Below are positions 19,207 through 30,253 of a stretch of DNA of 64,000 nt, piece by piece. Under the pieces are notes generated by a model. That model saw only the letters and a list, made by a program, of their open reading frames with translations, was not told the origin of the DNA and did not search any database. Numbering within the stretch: the stretch's first letter is position 1; each line of letters opens with the position of its first letter. Both the position numbers and the translations under genes were made by a program. This stretch comes from an uncultured Verrucomicrobiae bacterium. GTDB lineage: Bacteria; Verrucomicrobiota; Verrucomicrobiia; Chthoniobacterales; Chthoniobacteraceae. The stretch spans positions 192,001 to 256,000 of the forward strand of contig CAWHEP010000002.1 of NCBI GenBank assembly GCA_963828525.1, given 5' to 3'.

Positions 19207-20690
19207 TGCAGTCCATCTATCTTGAAATCTTTGTGCTGGTTCTCGGTCTTCTTCTCGTGCTGTTCGAAGCATTCGCGGGGGATGAGGACAAGACGCCCAT
19301 CGCCTGGGTCGGGATGGCTGGGCTGGCGTTTGTTTTCATCCTCACATTTTTTACCGCCAACCATCAGACCCCTCCTCCTGGCGGAGATGCTTACTGGAGC
19401 TTCTACAGGGCAGATGCTCTCGCCCTCTTCTTCAAGCGGTTTGCGCTGCTGACGACCATCTTTGTGCTCATCATGTCGCTCGAATACAAGAGCGTCGTCC
19501 AAAAGTATATCTTCGGTTCGACCGGCGAGGCGGGAATAGGCGAATTCTACACCCTGCCCATTTTTACCTGCGCCGGTTTGATGTGGATGGCGTCCGCTGT
19601 GGATTTCATAATGATTTTCGTCTCCCTGGAGATGGTGACCATTTCCTTTTACGTCCTCGTTAGTTACATGCGGCGCAGTCCGACAGGCATTGAGGCGGGA
19701 GTGAAATATCTCATACTGGGCGCGCTCTCCACAGGCTTTCTGGTCTACGGCATCACCTGGATTTTCGGCATCACCGGCCAAACCGGCCTCGATCAGATCG
19801 CCGCCTCTCTCAGGGACATGAAGGGTTCCCATGCGCCTGTCCTGTTCGGGTTTACTCTCATCCTCGTCGGACTTGGCTTCAAAGTGGCAGCCGCTCCCTT
19901 TCAGCTTTGGGCGCCGGATGTGTACCAGGGCGCTCCAACTCCGATCACCGCCTTTTTGTCCGTCGGCTCCAAAGCAGCCGGATTTGTCGTTCTGATGCGG
20001 GTGCTGGAAGTCTTCGTCTCTGTTCCCGCTATCAGTCACAAAGTGCTGGGCGTGGTGTCGATCATCGCGGCGCTCACCCTCGTCTATGGGAACTTCGCCG
20101 CTATGCCGCAAAATAACATGAAGCGGCTTCTGGCGTATTCCAGCATCGCCCATGCGGGCTATCTGCTGGTTGCCGTGGCTTCCATTGGCTACGCGGGAGC
20201 GGGAGTGGCCATCTCGTACTATCTGGCCGGTTATCTCATGATGACGCTTCTCAGTTTCCTTATTTTGACCGTGGTGGCGAGGCACTCCGCCGGCGATGAC
20301 ATCGCGCATTTCAACGGCTTGAGTAAACGCGCGCCCTCCCTCGCTTTCGGGATGCTGGTGTCGATGGCATCCCTCGCGGGAATCCCCTTCACCGTCGGTT
20401 TTTTTGGCAAATTCCTCGTATTCTACGCTGCCTGGGATCAGGGCCATTTCTATCTGATCGCTCTGGGTGTCGCGACAGTCGCCGTGGGGTTCTACTATTA
20501 TCTGAAGGTGGTCCGCGCCATGTACTGGCAGGAACCCTCCGACATAACCCCGATCCGGGTGGCCCCGCTCACCCGGGCTGCCATCGCCGTGCTGGCGGTC
20601 TGTGTCTTCCTCTTCGGAATTTATCCGTCCCCAATCCTCCACGCGCTGGATCATCCGGCCGCTGAGACCGCAAGGCTTGTTGCCCGCTAG
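19203..20690 (+). CDS. nuoN: NADH-quinone oxidoreductase subunit N
   Basis: EAGVKY, FKVAAAPFQLWAPDVYQGAP, KRLLAYSSIAHAGY; ATGA overlap with nuoM. Confidence 0.96.
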   Translation: MMQSIYLEIFVLVLGLLLVLFEAFAGDEDKTPIAWVGMAGLAFVFILTFFTANHQTPPPGGDAYWSFYRADALALFFKRFALLTTIFVLIMSLEYKSVVQKYIFGSTGEAGIGEFYTLPIFTCAGLMWMASAVDFIMIFVSLEMVTISFYVLVSYMRRSPTGIEAGVKYLILGALSTGFLVYGITWIFGITGQTGLDQIAASLRDMKGSHAPVLFGFTLILVGLGFKVAAAPFQLWAPDVYQGAPTPITAFLSVGSKAAGFVVLMRVLEVFVSVPAISHKVLGVVSIIAALTLVYGNFAAMPQNNMKRLLAYSSIAHAGYLLVAVASIGYAGAGVAISYYLAGYLMMTLLSFLILTVVARHSAGDDIAHFNGLSKRAPSLAFGMLVSMASLAGIPFTVGFFGKFLVFYAAWDQGHFYLIALGVATVAVGFYYYLKVVRAMYWQEPSDITPIRVAPLTRAAIAVLAVCVFLFGIYPSPILHALDHPAAETARLVAR

Positions 20691-20834
20691 AGACCGAGGG
20701 CCAATCCTGAGGGCGCGAAGCCGCGGCGGCGTTGGAAATTGCGCGACGGCAGGCCTCCCTTATGACTTACGATCCGTGGAGTTCGAGCCTTACGACCTTG
20801 CCTCTATCGACTTTTAAGGCAAACAGCGGCGACG

Positions 20835-20903
20835 TGCTACAATTCGGCAGCAAGACTCGCTCGCGGTGAAACCATTTGCCGAAGCCGCCCCGCCGCGTAA
20901 AAT
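20835..20903 (+). promoter_or_regulatory. Putative sigma70 promoters for yqeY operon
   Basis: Extended -10 TGcTACAAT (20835-20843); TTGCCG(20876)-N16-TAAAAT(20898), 6 nt before the ATG (leaderless geometry). Confidence 0.45.
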
Positions 20904-20909
20904 CTTGGG

Positions 20910-21362
20910 ATGAGTCTCCAGGAGCGGGTCGATAATGATTTAAAGGAAGCGATGAAGGCGCGACAGGCTGAAAGGCTCGGGGTGCTGCGCATGCTGAAAT
21001 CCGCGTTGAAGTACGCGGCGATTGAGAAGCATGGGGCGGATGGCTCCCTGGATGACGCGGATGCTTTGGCGGTGGTTCGGAAGCAGGTGAAACAGAGGCA
21101 CGACGCGATCGCGGGGTTTGAGAAAGGGGAGAGGCCGGATCTTGCGGACAAGGAACGATCCGAACTGCCTTTCCTGGATGTTTATCTGCCCAAGGCTCTG
21201 ACACCTGAGGAGATGGCAGTTCTTGTGAGGGAGGCCATCGCTGAAACGGGGGCCACGACGAAGGCGCAGTTTGGAGCGGTGATGAAAGTCGCGCAAGGCA
21301 AGGCGGAAGGAAGAGTGGATGGGAAAACGCTGAGTGAGGAAATCAAAAAGGCGCTTCCCTGA
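20910..21362 (+). CDS. yqeY: GatB/YqeY domain protein
   Basis: DLKEAMKAR, KQVKQRHDAI..FEKGER.DLA, YLP, GAVMK, GRVDGK. Confidence 0.93.
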   Translation: MSLQERVDNDLKEAMKARQAERLGVLRMLKSALKYAAIEKHGADGSLDDADALAVVRKQVKQRHDAIAGFEKGERPDLADKERSELPFLDVYLPKALTPEEMAVLVREAIAETGATTKAQFGAVMKVAQGKAEGRVDGKTLSEEIKKALP

Positions 21363-21403
21363 AGCTGCTGGGGATAGAGACACTGATTCACAACTTCTCC
21401 TTC

Positions 21404-22123
21404 TTGCACTCTCCTTTACCCGTCCTCACAGCAATCATCGTCGCGGCAGGCAGCAGCAGGCGCATGGGGTTCGACAAGCTTTTCGCGGAGCTGGACCATC
21501 GGAAAGTAGTGGCGCATTCGATAGGGGCTTTTCACGACTGCAAGCAGGTGAAGCAGATCATCCTTGTGACACGGGAGGATCGGCTTGGAGAGATGCGCCA
21601 GCTCGTGGAGCAGGAGCATTTCACGAAGGTGCGCGAGGTCATCGCGGGCGGGGCGGAGCGGCACCTTTCCGTGTGGAACGGGCTGCGGGCCGTAACTCCG
21701 GACGCGGATTATATCGCAATTCACGACGGCGCGCGCCCGCTGACGAGTCCGAGTCTCATCCGGAAATGTCTAAAGCTGGCGGAGGAGCACGGAGCGGCGT
21801 GTTGCGCGGCCCCGATCCCGGATACGGTGAAGCGCGCCTCTGAGGAGCAGATCGTGTCGGAGAGCGTGGAACGTTCCGGGCTGTGGGCTATGCAGACGCC
21901 ACAGATATTCAGCAGCGGACTGATATTGCAGGCTTACGCGGCGCTGATGGCGAAAAACGAGCCGGTGACGGATGAGGTGTCGGCGGTGCAGCGTCTCGGA
22001 AAGAAGATCGCGCTGCTGCGGAACGACGACTGGAATTTCAAGATCACTTTCCCAAAGGATCTGGAGATGGCCGAGCACGTGCTTGCATCGGGAAAGAAGA
22101 AGATTCCAAGGAAGAAACTGTAA
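21404..22123 (+). CDS. ispD: 2-C-methyl-D-erythritol 4-phosphate cytidylyltransferase
   Basis: AAGSSRRMG..K, GGAER..SV, IHDGARP, QTPQ, TDE, NFKIT. Confidence 0.95.
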   Translation: MHSPLPVLTAIIVAAGSSRRMGFDKLFAELDHRKVVAHSIGAFHDCKQVKQIILVTREDRLGEMRQLVEQEHFTKVREVIAGGAERHLSVWNGLRAVTPDADYIAIHDGARPLTSPSLIRKCLKLAEEHGAACCAAPIPDTVKRASEEQIVSESVERSGLWAMQTPQIFSSGLILQAYAALMAKNEPVTDEVSAVQRLGKKIALLRNDDWNFKITFPKDLEMAEHVLASGKKKIPRKKL

Positions 22124-23392
22124 ATGGACCCCTGCTATAACATGAGCCGCCTGCCGAACGGAGTGAGAATCGCCTCCGTGGAGATGCCGCACATGCGGAG
22201 TGTGAGCGTGGGCATATGGGCGGGGATCGGGGGCCGGTACGAGTCGCGAAAGACGAGCGGGATCTCGCACTTTCTGGAGCATCTGATCTTCAAAGGCACG
22301 AAGAGAAGGACGGCTCGGCAGATCATCGAAGCGGTGGAGGGAATCGGCGGTTACCTCAACGCGTTCACCACGGAGGATCACACTTGCTTTTATGCCAAGG
22401 CGGCGGGGGAGCATCTTCCGAAGTTGTGCGATGTGCTCTGCGACATGTATCTAAACTCGCATTTCGCCACGGAAGAAGTGGATAGAGAGCGCGAGGTGAT
22501 CCGCGAAGAGATAATGATGTACCGGGATCATCCGGCGCAGCACGCGCAAGAGTTGCTGTCGGAGACGATGTGGCCGGAGCACCCGCTTGGAAGGCCGCTG
22601 ACAGGAACGGTGGATACGATAGCGACGTTCCGCCGCCCGCAGTTGATGGACTTCATGAAGGAACATTATAATGGGCGCACGACGATCGTAACGGTCGCTG
22701 GGAACATCCAGCACGACCGCGTGGTGGCTCTGCTCGGCAAGGCGCTCGCTAGCCTGCCTCCTGGCAAGGTGCCGCGCTTCCATCGATGCGCGGAGGCTTC
22801 GGGCGACATCCGCGTCTCGCTGGTGACCCAGGAGACCGAGCAAACGCACCTGGCGATGGGCTTTTATGGATTGGGGCGCTCGGATGAACGCCGGTTCGCG
22901 CTAAAGCTCCTGAGTGTGATCCTTGGCGAGAACATGAGTTCCCGGCTGTTCCAGAAACTGCGGGAGAAATACGGGTTTTGCTACTCGGTGCAGAGTGGAA
23001 TGGTGGCGCTGGCGGACGCCGGGATGATCAACATCTACGCCGGACTGGACACGGCGAAGTTGAAGCGCGCGATGCAGGTCATCATGCGGGAGTTGGAGGC
23101 GCTTTGCCAAAAGAAGATATCGCGGGGCGAGTTAAAGAAGGCGCAGGATTACACGGTCGGACAGACCTTGATGGGACTGGAGAGCACTACCAACCATATG
23201 ATGTGGCTGGGAGAATCGATCCTCGGATATGGGAAGATTCTTGATCCCGCCGAGATCGAGCAGAAAGTGATGGGTGTTTCGACGGATGACATACAGGGAG
23301 TCGCCTGCTACTGTCTTAATCGCGCCAAGCTAGGGGTGGCAATCGTCGGCCCTGTCGCGGATGCGGAAGCCGTTAAATCCTGGCTCCAATAG
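22124..23392 (+). CDS. M16 family (pitrilysin-like) zinc peptidase
   Basis: Inverted zinc motif HFLEH, LNAFT, SSRLFQKLREK. Confidence 0.95.
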   Translation: MDPCYNMSRLPNGVRIASVEMPHMRSVSVGIWAGIGGRYESRKTSGISHFLEHLIFKGTKRRTARQIIEAVEGIGGYLNAFTTEDHTCFYAKAAGEHLPKLCDVLCDMYLNSHFATEEVDREREVIREEIMMYRDHPAQHAQELLSETMWPEHPLGRPLTGTVDTIATFRRPQLMDFMKEHYNGRTTIVTVAGNIQHDRVVALLGKALASLPPGKVPRFHRCAEASGDIRVSLVTQETEQTHLAMGFYGLGRSDERRFALKLLSVILGENMSSRLFQKLREKYGFCYSVQSGMVALADAGMINIYAGLDTAKLKRAMQVIMRELEALCQKKISRGELKKAQDYTVGQTLMGLESTTNHMMWLGESILGYGKILDPAEIEQKVMGVSTDDIQGVACYCLNRAKLGVAIVGPVADAEAVKSWLQ

Positions 23393-23424
23393 CCGTATTG
23401 GCCCGCAAGAGGAAAAATAACATA

Positions 23425-24735
23425 ATGAATGTCGAAGTAGAAAATTTGCCGAATTGCCAGACAACCCTCCGCGTGGAATTGCCACCCGACCAGGTCGAGA
23501 AGACGTGGGATGAGATCGCGAAGGATTACAGCCGGTACGCCCGCATCCCCGGGTTCCGGGCGGGCAAAGCTCCCCGGGTAATGGTCGAGAAGAAGTTCCA
23601 GAAGGAGATCCGCGAGGAAGTGAAGAAGAGACTGCTTTCGGAGAGCTACCGTGAGGCGATCGCGGAAAAGAAGCTTCGCGTGCTTTCGGTTTCCGATGTC
23701 GAGGACTTCGAGATCGCGGAGGACAAGACGCTGCGCTTCACGGCGACGCTCGTGACGGCACCCGAGTTTGAGCTGCCTGAGTACAAGGGCATACCGGTGA
23801 CCGCCCGTAACACCGACGTGACGGAAGAGGAGGTGACCGCCTTCATCGAAGCACTGAGGGATCGGCTCGCGAGTTTCGAGGATTTGACGGACACGCCTCT
23901 GGAGATGGGCTTGTTTGCGGTGGTTGACTATGAAGGCTCCATCGATGGCAAGCCGTTGGAGGAGGCGGCGCCCAAGGCAATCGGGCAGCTTGCCCGCGGG
24001 AAAAACTTCTGGCTGATGCTGGACCCGAAATCCTTTCTTCCCGGCTTCAGCGAGCATCTGGTCGGGGCCATTATGGCCGAAGAACGCGCTTTCCAGATCG
24101 AACTGCCCGGGGATTTCCCGGTTGATGACCTCAAGGGGCGGAAGATCGACTATGTGGTCACCACGCGCGGGATCAAGAGAAAGATCCTTCCGGCTTTGGA
24201 CGACGCGTTTCTGGCGCAAGTGGATCCTGGGAAGACGATGGAAGAGTTCAGGGTCAATGTCCGGGGCCGGATTGAAGTCGATAAGAGGCTGGACGCGGAG
24301 CGAGACAGGCGGAACCAGATCATGAACGTCTTGCTGGGGAAGATCGAATGTGAACTCCCTCCGGCGATGGTGGGCGCGGAGACGAGGCGTATTGTGTCTG
24401 AGCTCGTGAAGGAAAACCAATCCAGAGGCATTCCGGACGAAGCCATCCGGGAAAGTCAAAAAGAACTTCTCAGCGCGGCGGCGGACAGAGCGCGCGAGCG
24501 GTTGAAAAGCGGGTTTGTGCTGACGCGAATCGCGGAGCAGGAGAAAATCACCGTATCAACGGACGAGTTCGAGGACCGGCTCGTCGCGATGGCGCGGCAA
24601 TATGGGATGACGCCCGAGAAACTCCGCAAGGAACTGGACGAACGAGGCTCGCTTGGCCAGGTAGAGGAAGACATCCTGACGGGCAAGGTTCTTGATTTCC
24701 TAAGCTCGAATGCTAGCGTCCAAACCGGCTCCTAG
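23425..24735 (+). CDS. tig: Trigger factor
   Basis: [14 protein letters not shown]-like [14 protein letters not shown]; upstream of clpPX. Confidence 0.96.
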   Translation: MNVEVENLPNCQTTLRVELPPDQVEKTWDEIAKDYSRYARIPGFRAGKAPRVMVEKKFQKEIREEVKKRLLSESYREAIAEKKLRVLSVSDVEDFEIAEDKTLRFTATLVTAPEFELPEYKGIPVTARNTDVTEEEVTAFIEALRDRLASFEDLTDTPLEMGLFAVVDYEGSIDGKPLEEAAPKAIGQLARGKNFWLMLDPKSFLPGFSEHLVGAIMAEERAFQIELPGDFPVDDLKGRKIDYVVTTRGIKRKILPALDDAFLAQVDPGKTMEEFRVNVRGRIEVDKRLDAERDRRNQIMNVLLGKIECELPPAMVGAETRRIVSELVKENQSRGIPDEAIRESQKELLSAAADRARERLKSGFVLTRIAEQEKITVSTDEFEDRLVAMARQYGMTPEKLRKELDERGSLGQVEEDILTGKVLDFLSSNASVQTGS

Positions 24736-24781
24736 AGGCGTTTCAAGGTCAGAATTTATGCGCAACCCACCCCACTCATCC

Positions 24782-25420
24782 ATGGAATCCATCCTCATCC
24801 CGACGGTGATCGAACAAACCGGCAGGGGAGAGCGCGCGTACGATATTTACTCGCGCCTGTTGCGTGACCGTATCGTATTTATCGGCACGGGAATCGACGA
24901 CCATGTCGCCAATCTCGTAATCGCGCAATTGCTCTTCCTCCAGATGGAAGACCCCAAGAAGGATATCAACATCTATATTAACTCCCCGGGGGGATCCGTG
25001 ACAGCGGGTTTGGCGATCTATGACACGATGCAGTTTCTCACATGTGATGTGACGACGTATTGCCTCGGCATGGCCGCCAGCATGGGGGCTGTGCTCCTGT
25101 GCGCGGGCACCAAAGGCAAACGGTACGCCCTGCCAAATTCCGATATAATGATCCATCAGGTGTCGGGTGGCGCACAAGGTGCTGCGAGTGATGTCGAGCG
25201 CCAGGTCGAATACATGTTCAAACTGAAGAAGAGGCTTATCAAAATCATCGCCCTACACACCGGAAAACCGGAGGACCAGGTAAAACTGGACTCGGATCGC
25301 GACTATTACATGACCGCGGCTGAGGCGAAGGATTACGGGCTCGTGGACGAGGTGGTAAAGTCTCGCAAGGAACTAAAGCCTGAATCGCGTCCAGAAACGC
25401 TGGAAGACAAGCCGGAGTAA
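24782..25420 (+). CDS. clpP: ATP-dependent Clp protease proteolytic subunit
   Basis: [29 protein letters not shown]. Confidence 0.98.
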   Translation: MESILIPTVIEQTGRGERAYDIYSRLLRDRIVFIGTGIDDHVANLVIAQLLFLQMEDPKKDINIYINSPGGSVTAGLAIYDTMQFLTCDVTTYCLGMAASMGAVLLCAGTKGKRYALPNSDIMIHQVSGGAQGAASDVERQVEYMFKLKKRLIKIIALHTGKPEDQVKLDSDRDYYMTAAEAKDYGLVDEVVKSRKELKPESRPETLEDKPE

Positions 25421-25427
25421 AAACAAA

Positions 25428-26705
25428 GTGGCTCGCCCTTCCAACCTCACGATGTGTTCCTTCTGTGGCAAGAGCCACGCGGAAGTGCGCAAACTGATAG
25501 CGGGCCCGGGGGTTTACATCTGCGACAGTTGCATCAATGTCTGCAAAGGCATCCTCGACAAGGAGTTGAGTGAGGACGCGCGACGGCAATCGTCGGCGTT
25601 GCGGGTGCCGAAACCGATGGAGATTCGGCGGCTGCTGGATCAATACGTCATCGGGCAGGAGCGCGCGAAACGGACGCTGGCGGTAGCGGTGCATAACCAT
25701 TACAAGCGCATCTCGCAGACAGTGACCCCGTCAAATGGGGCGGCTTTGTCGATGGACCCGCTGGCGGACGTCGAGATAGAAAAGAGCAACATCCTGCTGA
25801 TCGGACCGACGGGATCGGGAAAGACCCTCTTGGCAAAGACCTTGGCGCGCATCCTGGATGTGCCATTCTGCATCGCGGACGCGACGACGCTCACGGAGGC
25901 TGGCTACGTCGGGGAGGATGTCGAGAACATCATCCTGCGCCTCCTGCAAAATGCCGACTATGATGTGAAGCGGGCGGAGATCGGCATCGTCTATATCGAC
26001 GAAATCGACAAGATCGGGCGGAAAACGGACAACGTGAGCATCACTCGTGATGTGTCGGGGGAGGGTGTGCAGCAAGCGCTGTTGAAGATACTGGAGGGAA
26101 GCACGTGCAATGTGCCTCCACAGGGGGGCAGGAAACACCCTCACCAGGAGTACATCCAGATCAACACGGAGAAGATCCTGTTCATCTGTGGAGGAGCTTT
26201 TGTGGGTTTGGACAAGATCGTTCAGAAGCGGCTGGGACGCCGAACGATGGGCTTCGCGACGGCGGATTCCGGCGTGGAGGATGTGCTTGCCAAGGAGGCG
26301 ATGCGGCACACGGAACCCGAAGACTTGCTGGGATTTGGAATGATCCCGGAGTTCATCGGTCGTCTGCCGGTTGTGACGGCTCTGGACGCCCTTTCAGAAG
26401 ACGAGTTGATGATGATCCTCACGGACACCAAAAACGCGATGATCAAGCAGTACACGAAGCTCCTGGCAATGGAGGGCGTAAACCTGACAGTCACGCGTGA
26501 CGCGCTGCGGGCTCTTGCGGCCCAGGCGGTTCGCAAAGGCACTGGCGCGCGCGCTCTGCGCTCCATGCTCGAAAAGATCATGCTCGATATCATGTATGAG
26601 ATACCGAGCCGGGAAGACATCGCGGACATCACGATCAATCGAGCAGTGGCGGAAGGGAAGAAGTCTCCCGTGATCCGCAAGAAGCAGGACAAGGAAGCGG
26701 CCTGA
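25428..26705 (+). CDS. clpX: Clp protease ATP-binding subunit ClpX
   Basis: CSFCGK..ICDSC zinc finger, [19 protein letters not shown]. Confidence 0.98.
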   Translation: MARPSNLTMCSFCGKSHAEVRKLIAGPGVYICDSCINVCKGILDKELSEDARRQSSALRVPKPMEIRRLLDQYVIGQERAKRTLAVAVHNHYKRISQTVTPSNGAALSMDPLADVEIEKSNILLIGPTGSGKTLLAKTLARILDVPFCIADATTLTEAGYVGEDVENIILRLLQNADYDVKRAEIGIVYIDEIDKIGRKTDNVSITRDVSGEGVQQALLKILEGSTCNVPPQGGRKHPHQEYIQINTEKILFICGGAFVGLDKIVQKRLGRRTMGFATADSGVEDVLAKEAMRHTEPEDLLGFGMIPEFIGRLPVVTALDALSEDELMMILTDTKNAMIKQYTKLLAMEGVNLTVTRDALRALAAQAVRKGTGARALRSMLEKIMLDIMYEIPSREDIADITINRAVAEGKKSPVIRKKQDKEAA

Positions 26706-26768
26706 GCTGGTTGCCGTTGTTCGTTAGGCTGTTCGACATACGCGACGCGCGTGTTAGAGTAGTCGTTT

Positions 26769-28100
26769 ATGAAAAAACGCCTTTGGCTTAGCACGACTGT
26801 CCTGCTGCTGGTCTTCAGCGCGTTTCTCCTGAGCCGCCAGAGGGAGCTCTTTGCTTCATCGCCCGCGGAGGACGGGGGTTACCCGAATGCCGCGGTATTC
26901 AGCCGCGCGCTCATGCTCATCCGGCAGGATTATGTGGATGAGAAAAAGACCAGCTACAAGGATCTGACGTATTCGGCGCTGCGCGGCATGCTATCGGGCC
27001 TCGATCCGCACAGCCAGTTCATGGATCCGCAGGATTTCCACGGGATGCAGGATGACACACGCAGCCAGTTCGGGGGCCTTGGAGTCGAGGTTTCGCTGCG
27101 GGAGGGCAATCTGACGATCATTTCTCCGATGGAGGATTCTCCTGGATTCAAGGCGGGATTGATGCCCGGCGATCAGATTCTCAAGATAAACGGAGCGTCC
27201 ACGGAGAAGATGGATCTTTCTGAAGCAATACAGCAGCTCCGGGGCGATGTCGGTCAGATCGTCACGCTGACGATTTTGCGGCCAGCAACGAAAGAGATCA
27301 AGGACTACCCGATCGCGCGAGCGGTCATCAAGGTCGATAGCGTGCGGGACGCGAAGCTGCTGGCCTCCGGCGACGATGGCGGCTTCAAGATCGGCTACGC
27401 GCGGATCACGCAGTTTAATGAACCGACCGCGCAGGACCTCGCGAAGCGGCTGGACGAACTCGAAGCGAAGGGAATGCAGGCGTTTATCCTCGACCTGAGA
27501 AACAACCCGGGCGGACTTTTAAATAGCGCGGTTGACGTATGCGGGCAGTTCCTGCCGGGAAACCAGATGGTTGTGTACACGGAAGGGCGGGTCGCCTCGC
27601 AGCGGCACATCTACAGGACGCCGGAAGCGGGCAAACCACGGGCCCGTTTCCCGATGGCGATCCTGATCAACGGGAACAGCGCGAGTGGAGCGGAGATCGT
27701 GGCCGGCGCTCTGAAAGATTTGAACCGGGCGATCCTGGTTGGCGAAACGTCGTTTGGGAAAGGTTCCGTGCAGAGCGTGGTGCAGTTGCCGGATGGTTCG
27801 GCAATACGCCTGACGACGGCGAAGTATTATACCCCGAGCCGGCAGGTCATTCATGAGCATGGGGTCTCCCCGACGATCCATGCCGTGTTGACGAACGAGC
27901 AAGAGCGGCAGCTTTTCCTGATGCGCCGGGAGGAGATGCTGAGCGACACTGAGAAGAAGGAAGTGGCGGGATTTCGCGATACTCAGCTTGAGCGCGCGGT
28001 GGATGCCCTTAAGGGGGTGATGATCTACGCGCAACGCGCTCCCGCCCCGCAGAACCCCGCGGCAAAGGGCGAGCAAGTCGCCGAACCTGCTGGTGAGTAA
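26769..28100 (+). CDS. ctpA: S41 carboxyl-terminal processing protease (PDZ)
   Basis: LDPHS, GLG PDZ loop, LDLRNNPGG, SASGAE, FGKGSVQ. Confidence 0.94.
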   Translation: MKKRLWLSTTVLLLVFSAFLLSRQRELFASSPAEDGGYPNAAVFSRALMLIRQDYVDEKKTSYKDLTYSALRGMLSGLDPHSQFMDPQDFHGMQDDTRSQFGGLGVEVSLREGNLTIISPMEDSPGFKAGLMPGDQILKINGASTEKMDLSEAIQQLRGDVGQIVTLTILRPATKEIKDYPIARAVIKVDSVRDAKLLASGDDGGFKIGYARITQFNEPTAQDLAKRLDELEAKGMQAFILDLRNNPGGLLNSAVDVCGQFLPGNQMVVYTEGRVASQRHIYRTPEAGKPRARFPMAILINGNSASGAEIVAGALKDLNRAILVGETSFGKGSVQSVVQLPDGSAIRLTTAKYYTPSRQVIHEHGVSPTIHAVLTNEQERQLFLMRREEMLSDTEKKEVAGFRDTQLERAVDALKGVMIYAQRAPAPQNPAAKGEQVAEPAGE

Positions 28101-28141
28101 TAACCGGACGATACGGCGCCGCCGGATGGCAGGCGGGTGAC

Positions 28142-29164
28142 ATGAACGCATCGCCGATCGTGCTGGCGATTGAGACCTCGTGCGATGAAACCGCCGTGGC
28201 GATCCTGTCCGGGGAAGGTTTGCTCGCGAGTGAGATTGCCTCGCAAGTCGCCATACACGCGGAGTTTGGCGGGGTGGTCCCTGAGGTCGCCTCGCGCCGG
28301 CATCTCAACGATCTGAAGCCGTTGATCCGTCGCGGGCTCGCGGTCGCTCATTTGGATGTCGCGGAGATAGATGTCTTTGCCGCGACCTCCGGGCCGGGGC
28401 TCGCCACCTCGTTGATGATCGGGGCTTCCACGGCAAAAGCGCTGTCCATGGCGCTGGGCAAAGCCTACAAAGCTGTCAACCATCTCGAAGGGCACTTGCT
28501 GTCCCCTTTCTTCGCAAGCGGGCGCGGCGTCGCGCCAGCCGTGGGGCTTGTGGTTAGCGGCGGGCACACGCTCCTTGTCGATATCCGCGGATTTGGCGCG
28601 TATAAAATACTTGGCGGCACCCGCGATGACGCGGCAGGCGAAGCGTTCGACAAAGTGGGAAAACTTCTTGGTCTGCCTTATCCTGGCGGGCCGGAGATCG
28701 ATCTCCTGGCCCGAGGCGGAGATGTGGCGCGATTCGGTTTTCCGCGCAGCATGCTGGATTCCCCTGACGCGAACTTCAGTTTCAGCGGACTGAAGACGGC
28801 GGTTCGTTACGCGTTGCCGGAGTTGCTTGCGGCTCCGATGGCCGATGTCTGCGCTTCATTCCAGGAGGCGGTCGTGGATGTCCTTGTGGGGAAAACGGTT
28901 CGAGCTGCTTTGGAAACGCGGAATAATCTGGTGGTCGTGAGCGGAGGGGTAAGCTGCAATTCGCGTCTGCGAATCCGAATGAAGGAAGAGTGCGACGCGC
29001 GGGGCATCGAACTCCTGCTTGCGAGTCCCGCCTTATGCACGGACAACGCGGCAATGATCGCGTTCGTAGCGCGGGAGGCGTTCCTGCGCGGAGCGGCCTC
29101 GTCGCCGCTGGATGAGGACATCGATCCAAACCTCAGGCTGGCGGAGGCGGACTGTGAGGGCTGA
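28142..29164 (+). CDS. tsaD: tRNA N6-adenosine threonylcarbamoyltransferase
   Basis: IETSCDET, GGVVPEVASR, HLEGH, DDAAGEAFDK, TDNAAMIA. Confidence 0.97.
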   Translation: MNASPIVLAIETSCDETAVAILSGEGLLASEIASQVAIHAEFGGVVPEVASRRHLNDLKPLIRRGLAVAHLDVAEIDVFAATSGPGLATSLMIGASTAKALSMALGKAYKAVNHLEGHLLSPFFASGRGVAPAVGLVVSGGHTLLVDIRGFGAYKILGGTRDDAAGEAFDKVGKLLGLPYPGGPEIDLLARGGDVARFGFPRSMLDSPDANFSFSGLKTAVRYALPELLAAPMADVCASFQEAVVDVLVGKTVRAALETRNNLVVVSGGVSCNSRLRIRMKEECDARGIELLLASPALCTDNAAMIAFVAREAFLRGAASSPLDEDIDPNLRLAEADCEG

Positions 29165-29217
29165 GGTTCGCCGGGGGCGTTGCGGTTGTGTGGCAAAGGC
29201 TGGAGACTGCTGAGGAT

Positions 29218-30174
29218 ATGCGCGAGGAAAAGGTGCAACCTCTTAGCGGAAAGGACGTCACGAAACATTCGGTAGTTTCAATGTTCTCAGGGTGCGGGGG
29301 CATGGACCTTGGATTCAAAGGTGGGTTCGAAATATTTGGGCGTCGTTACGAGTCTCTGCCGTTTGAAATAGTGTGGGCGAATGACTTTAACGGGCAGGCT
29401 TGCAAAACCTACCGACGGAACCTGGGCTCCGAAATTCATCGGGGGGATGTGTGGACGCTTTTGGAGACGCTGCCGAGGCATGCAGACGTTTTGATCGGCG
29501 GCTTTCCCTGTCAGGATATTTCAATCAATGGGAACCGCGCCGGAGTCAATGGCCGGAAGAGCGGCCTCTACAAGGCAATGATTGACGCGATTAAACGGGT
29601 CAAACCTGAGGTGTTCGTGGCAGAAAACGTCAAGGCGTTGCTTCGTCACGATGGCTGGCTTCAACAGGTGGTTACTGACTTCGAGTCGCTTGGGTATACG
29701 TTGAGCTATCAATTGTACCGCGCGGCGGACTACGGCGTTCCCCAGACTCGGGAGAGGGTGTTTTTTGTTGGCACCGCTCCAGGCGTCAGACCATTTGCAC
29801 CCCCTGAGCCCGAGCGGAATGCGTCAACGTGGATGACCGCGAAGGAAGCAATCGGTGATTTGGAGGGGCTGGAGCGCTCGACTCCTATAAACCATGTTTG
29901 GAGCGAGGCTAATATCAGCCCGGAGCAAGGGAACCGCAGATTGATTTCCGATCGACCGGGCTATACGATTCGCGCTGAGTGTCACGGGAACATTCAGTTT
30001 CATTACAAACTTGCCCGCAGGATTTCCATGAGAGAGGCAGCCAGGATTCAATCGTTTCCTGACGAGTTCCTGTTCGCGTCGGGGTTGCGTCAGACAGAGA
30101 GACAGGTGGGTAATGCTGTGCCCCCAGTTCTCGCCTGGCATGTTGCAAAATCTGTCATAGCCTGTTTCAAATGA
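29218..30174 (+). CDS. DNA (cytosine-5)-methyltransferase, orphan
   Basis: Motifs I FSGCGG, IV GFPCQ, VI ENV, VIII QTRER, IX REAARIQSFP, X QVGNAV. Confidence 0.95.
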   Translation: MREEKVQPLSGKDVTKHSVVSMFSGCGGMDLGFKGGFEIFGRRYESLPFEIVWANDFNGQACKTYRRNLGSEIHRGDVWTLLETLPRHADVLIGGFPCQDISINGNRAGVNGRKSGLYKAMIDAIKRVKPEVFVAENVKALLRHDGWLQQVVTDFESLGYTLSYQLYRAADYGVPQTRERVFFVGTAPGVRPFAPPEPERNASTWMTAKEAIGDLEGLERSTPINHVWSEANISPEQGNRRLISDRPGYTIRAECHGNIQFHYKLARRISMREAARIQSFPDEFLFASGLRQTERQVGNAVPPVLAWHVAKSVIACFK

Positions 30175-30253
30175 TCCCGGCGCTGGGAAGTCCGGAACGA
30201 CGAAGTCAGGCGCGTTCTACCGCTTATCGAAAAGAACCTGGATGGTTTCCAAC

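Noticed and set aside
16476..20654. Long antisense ORFs (16476-17837, 19017-20654 and similar elsewhere, e.g. 11647-12855, 23308-24459, 55805-56962)
   Set aside because: Shadow frames of well-supported genes in GC-rich DNA; no recognisable motifs.
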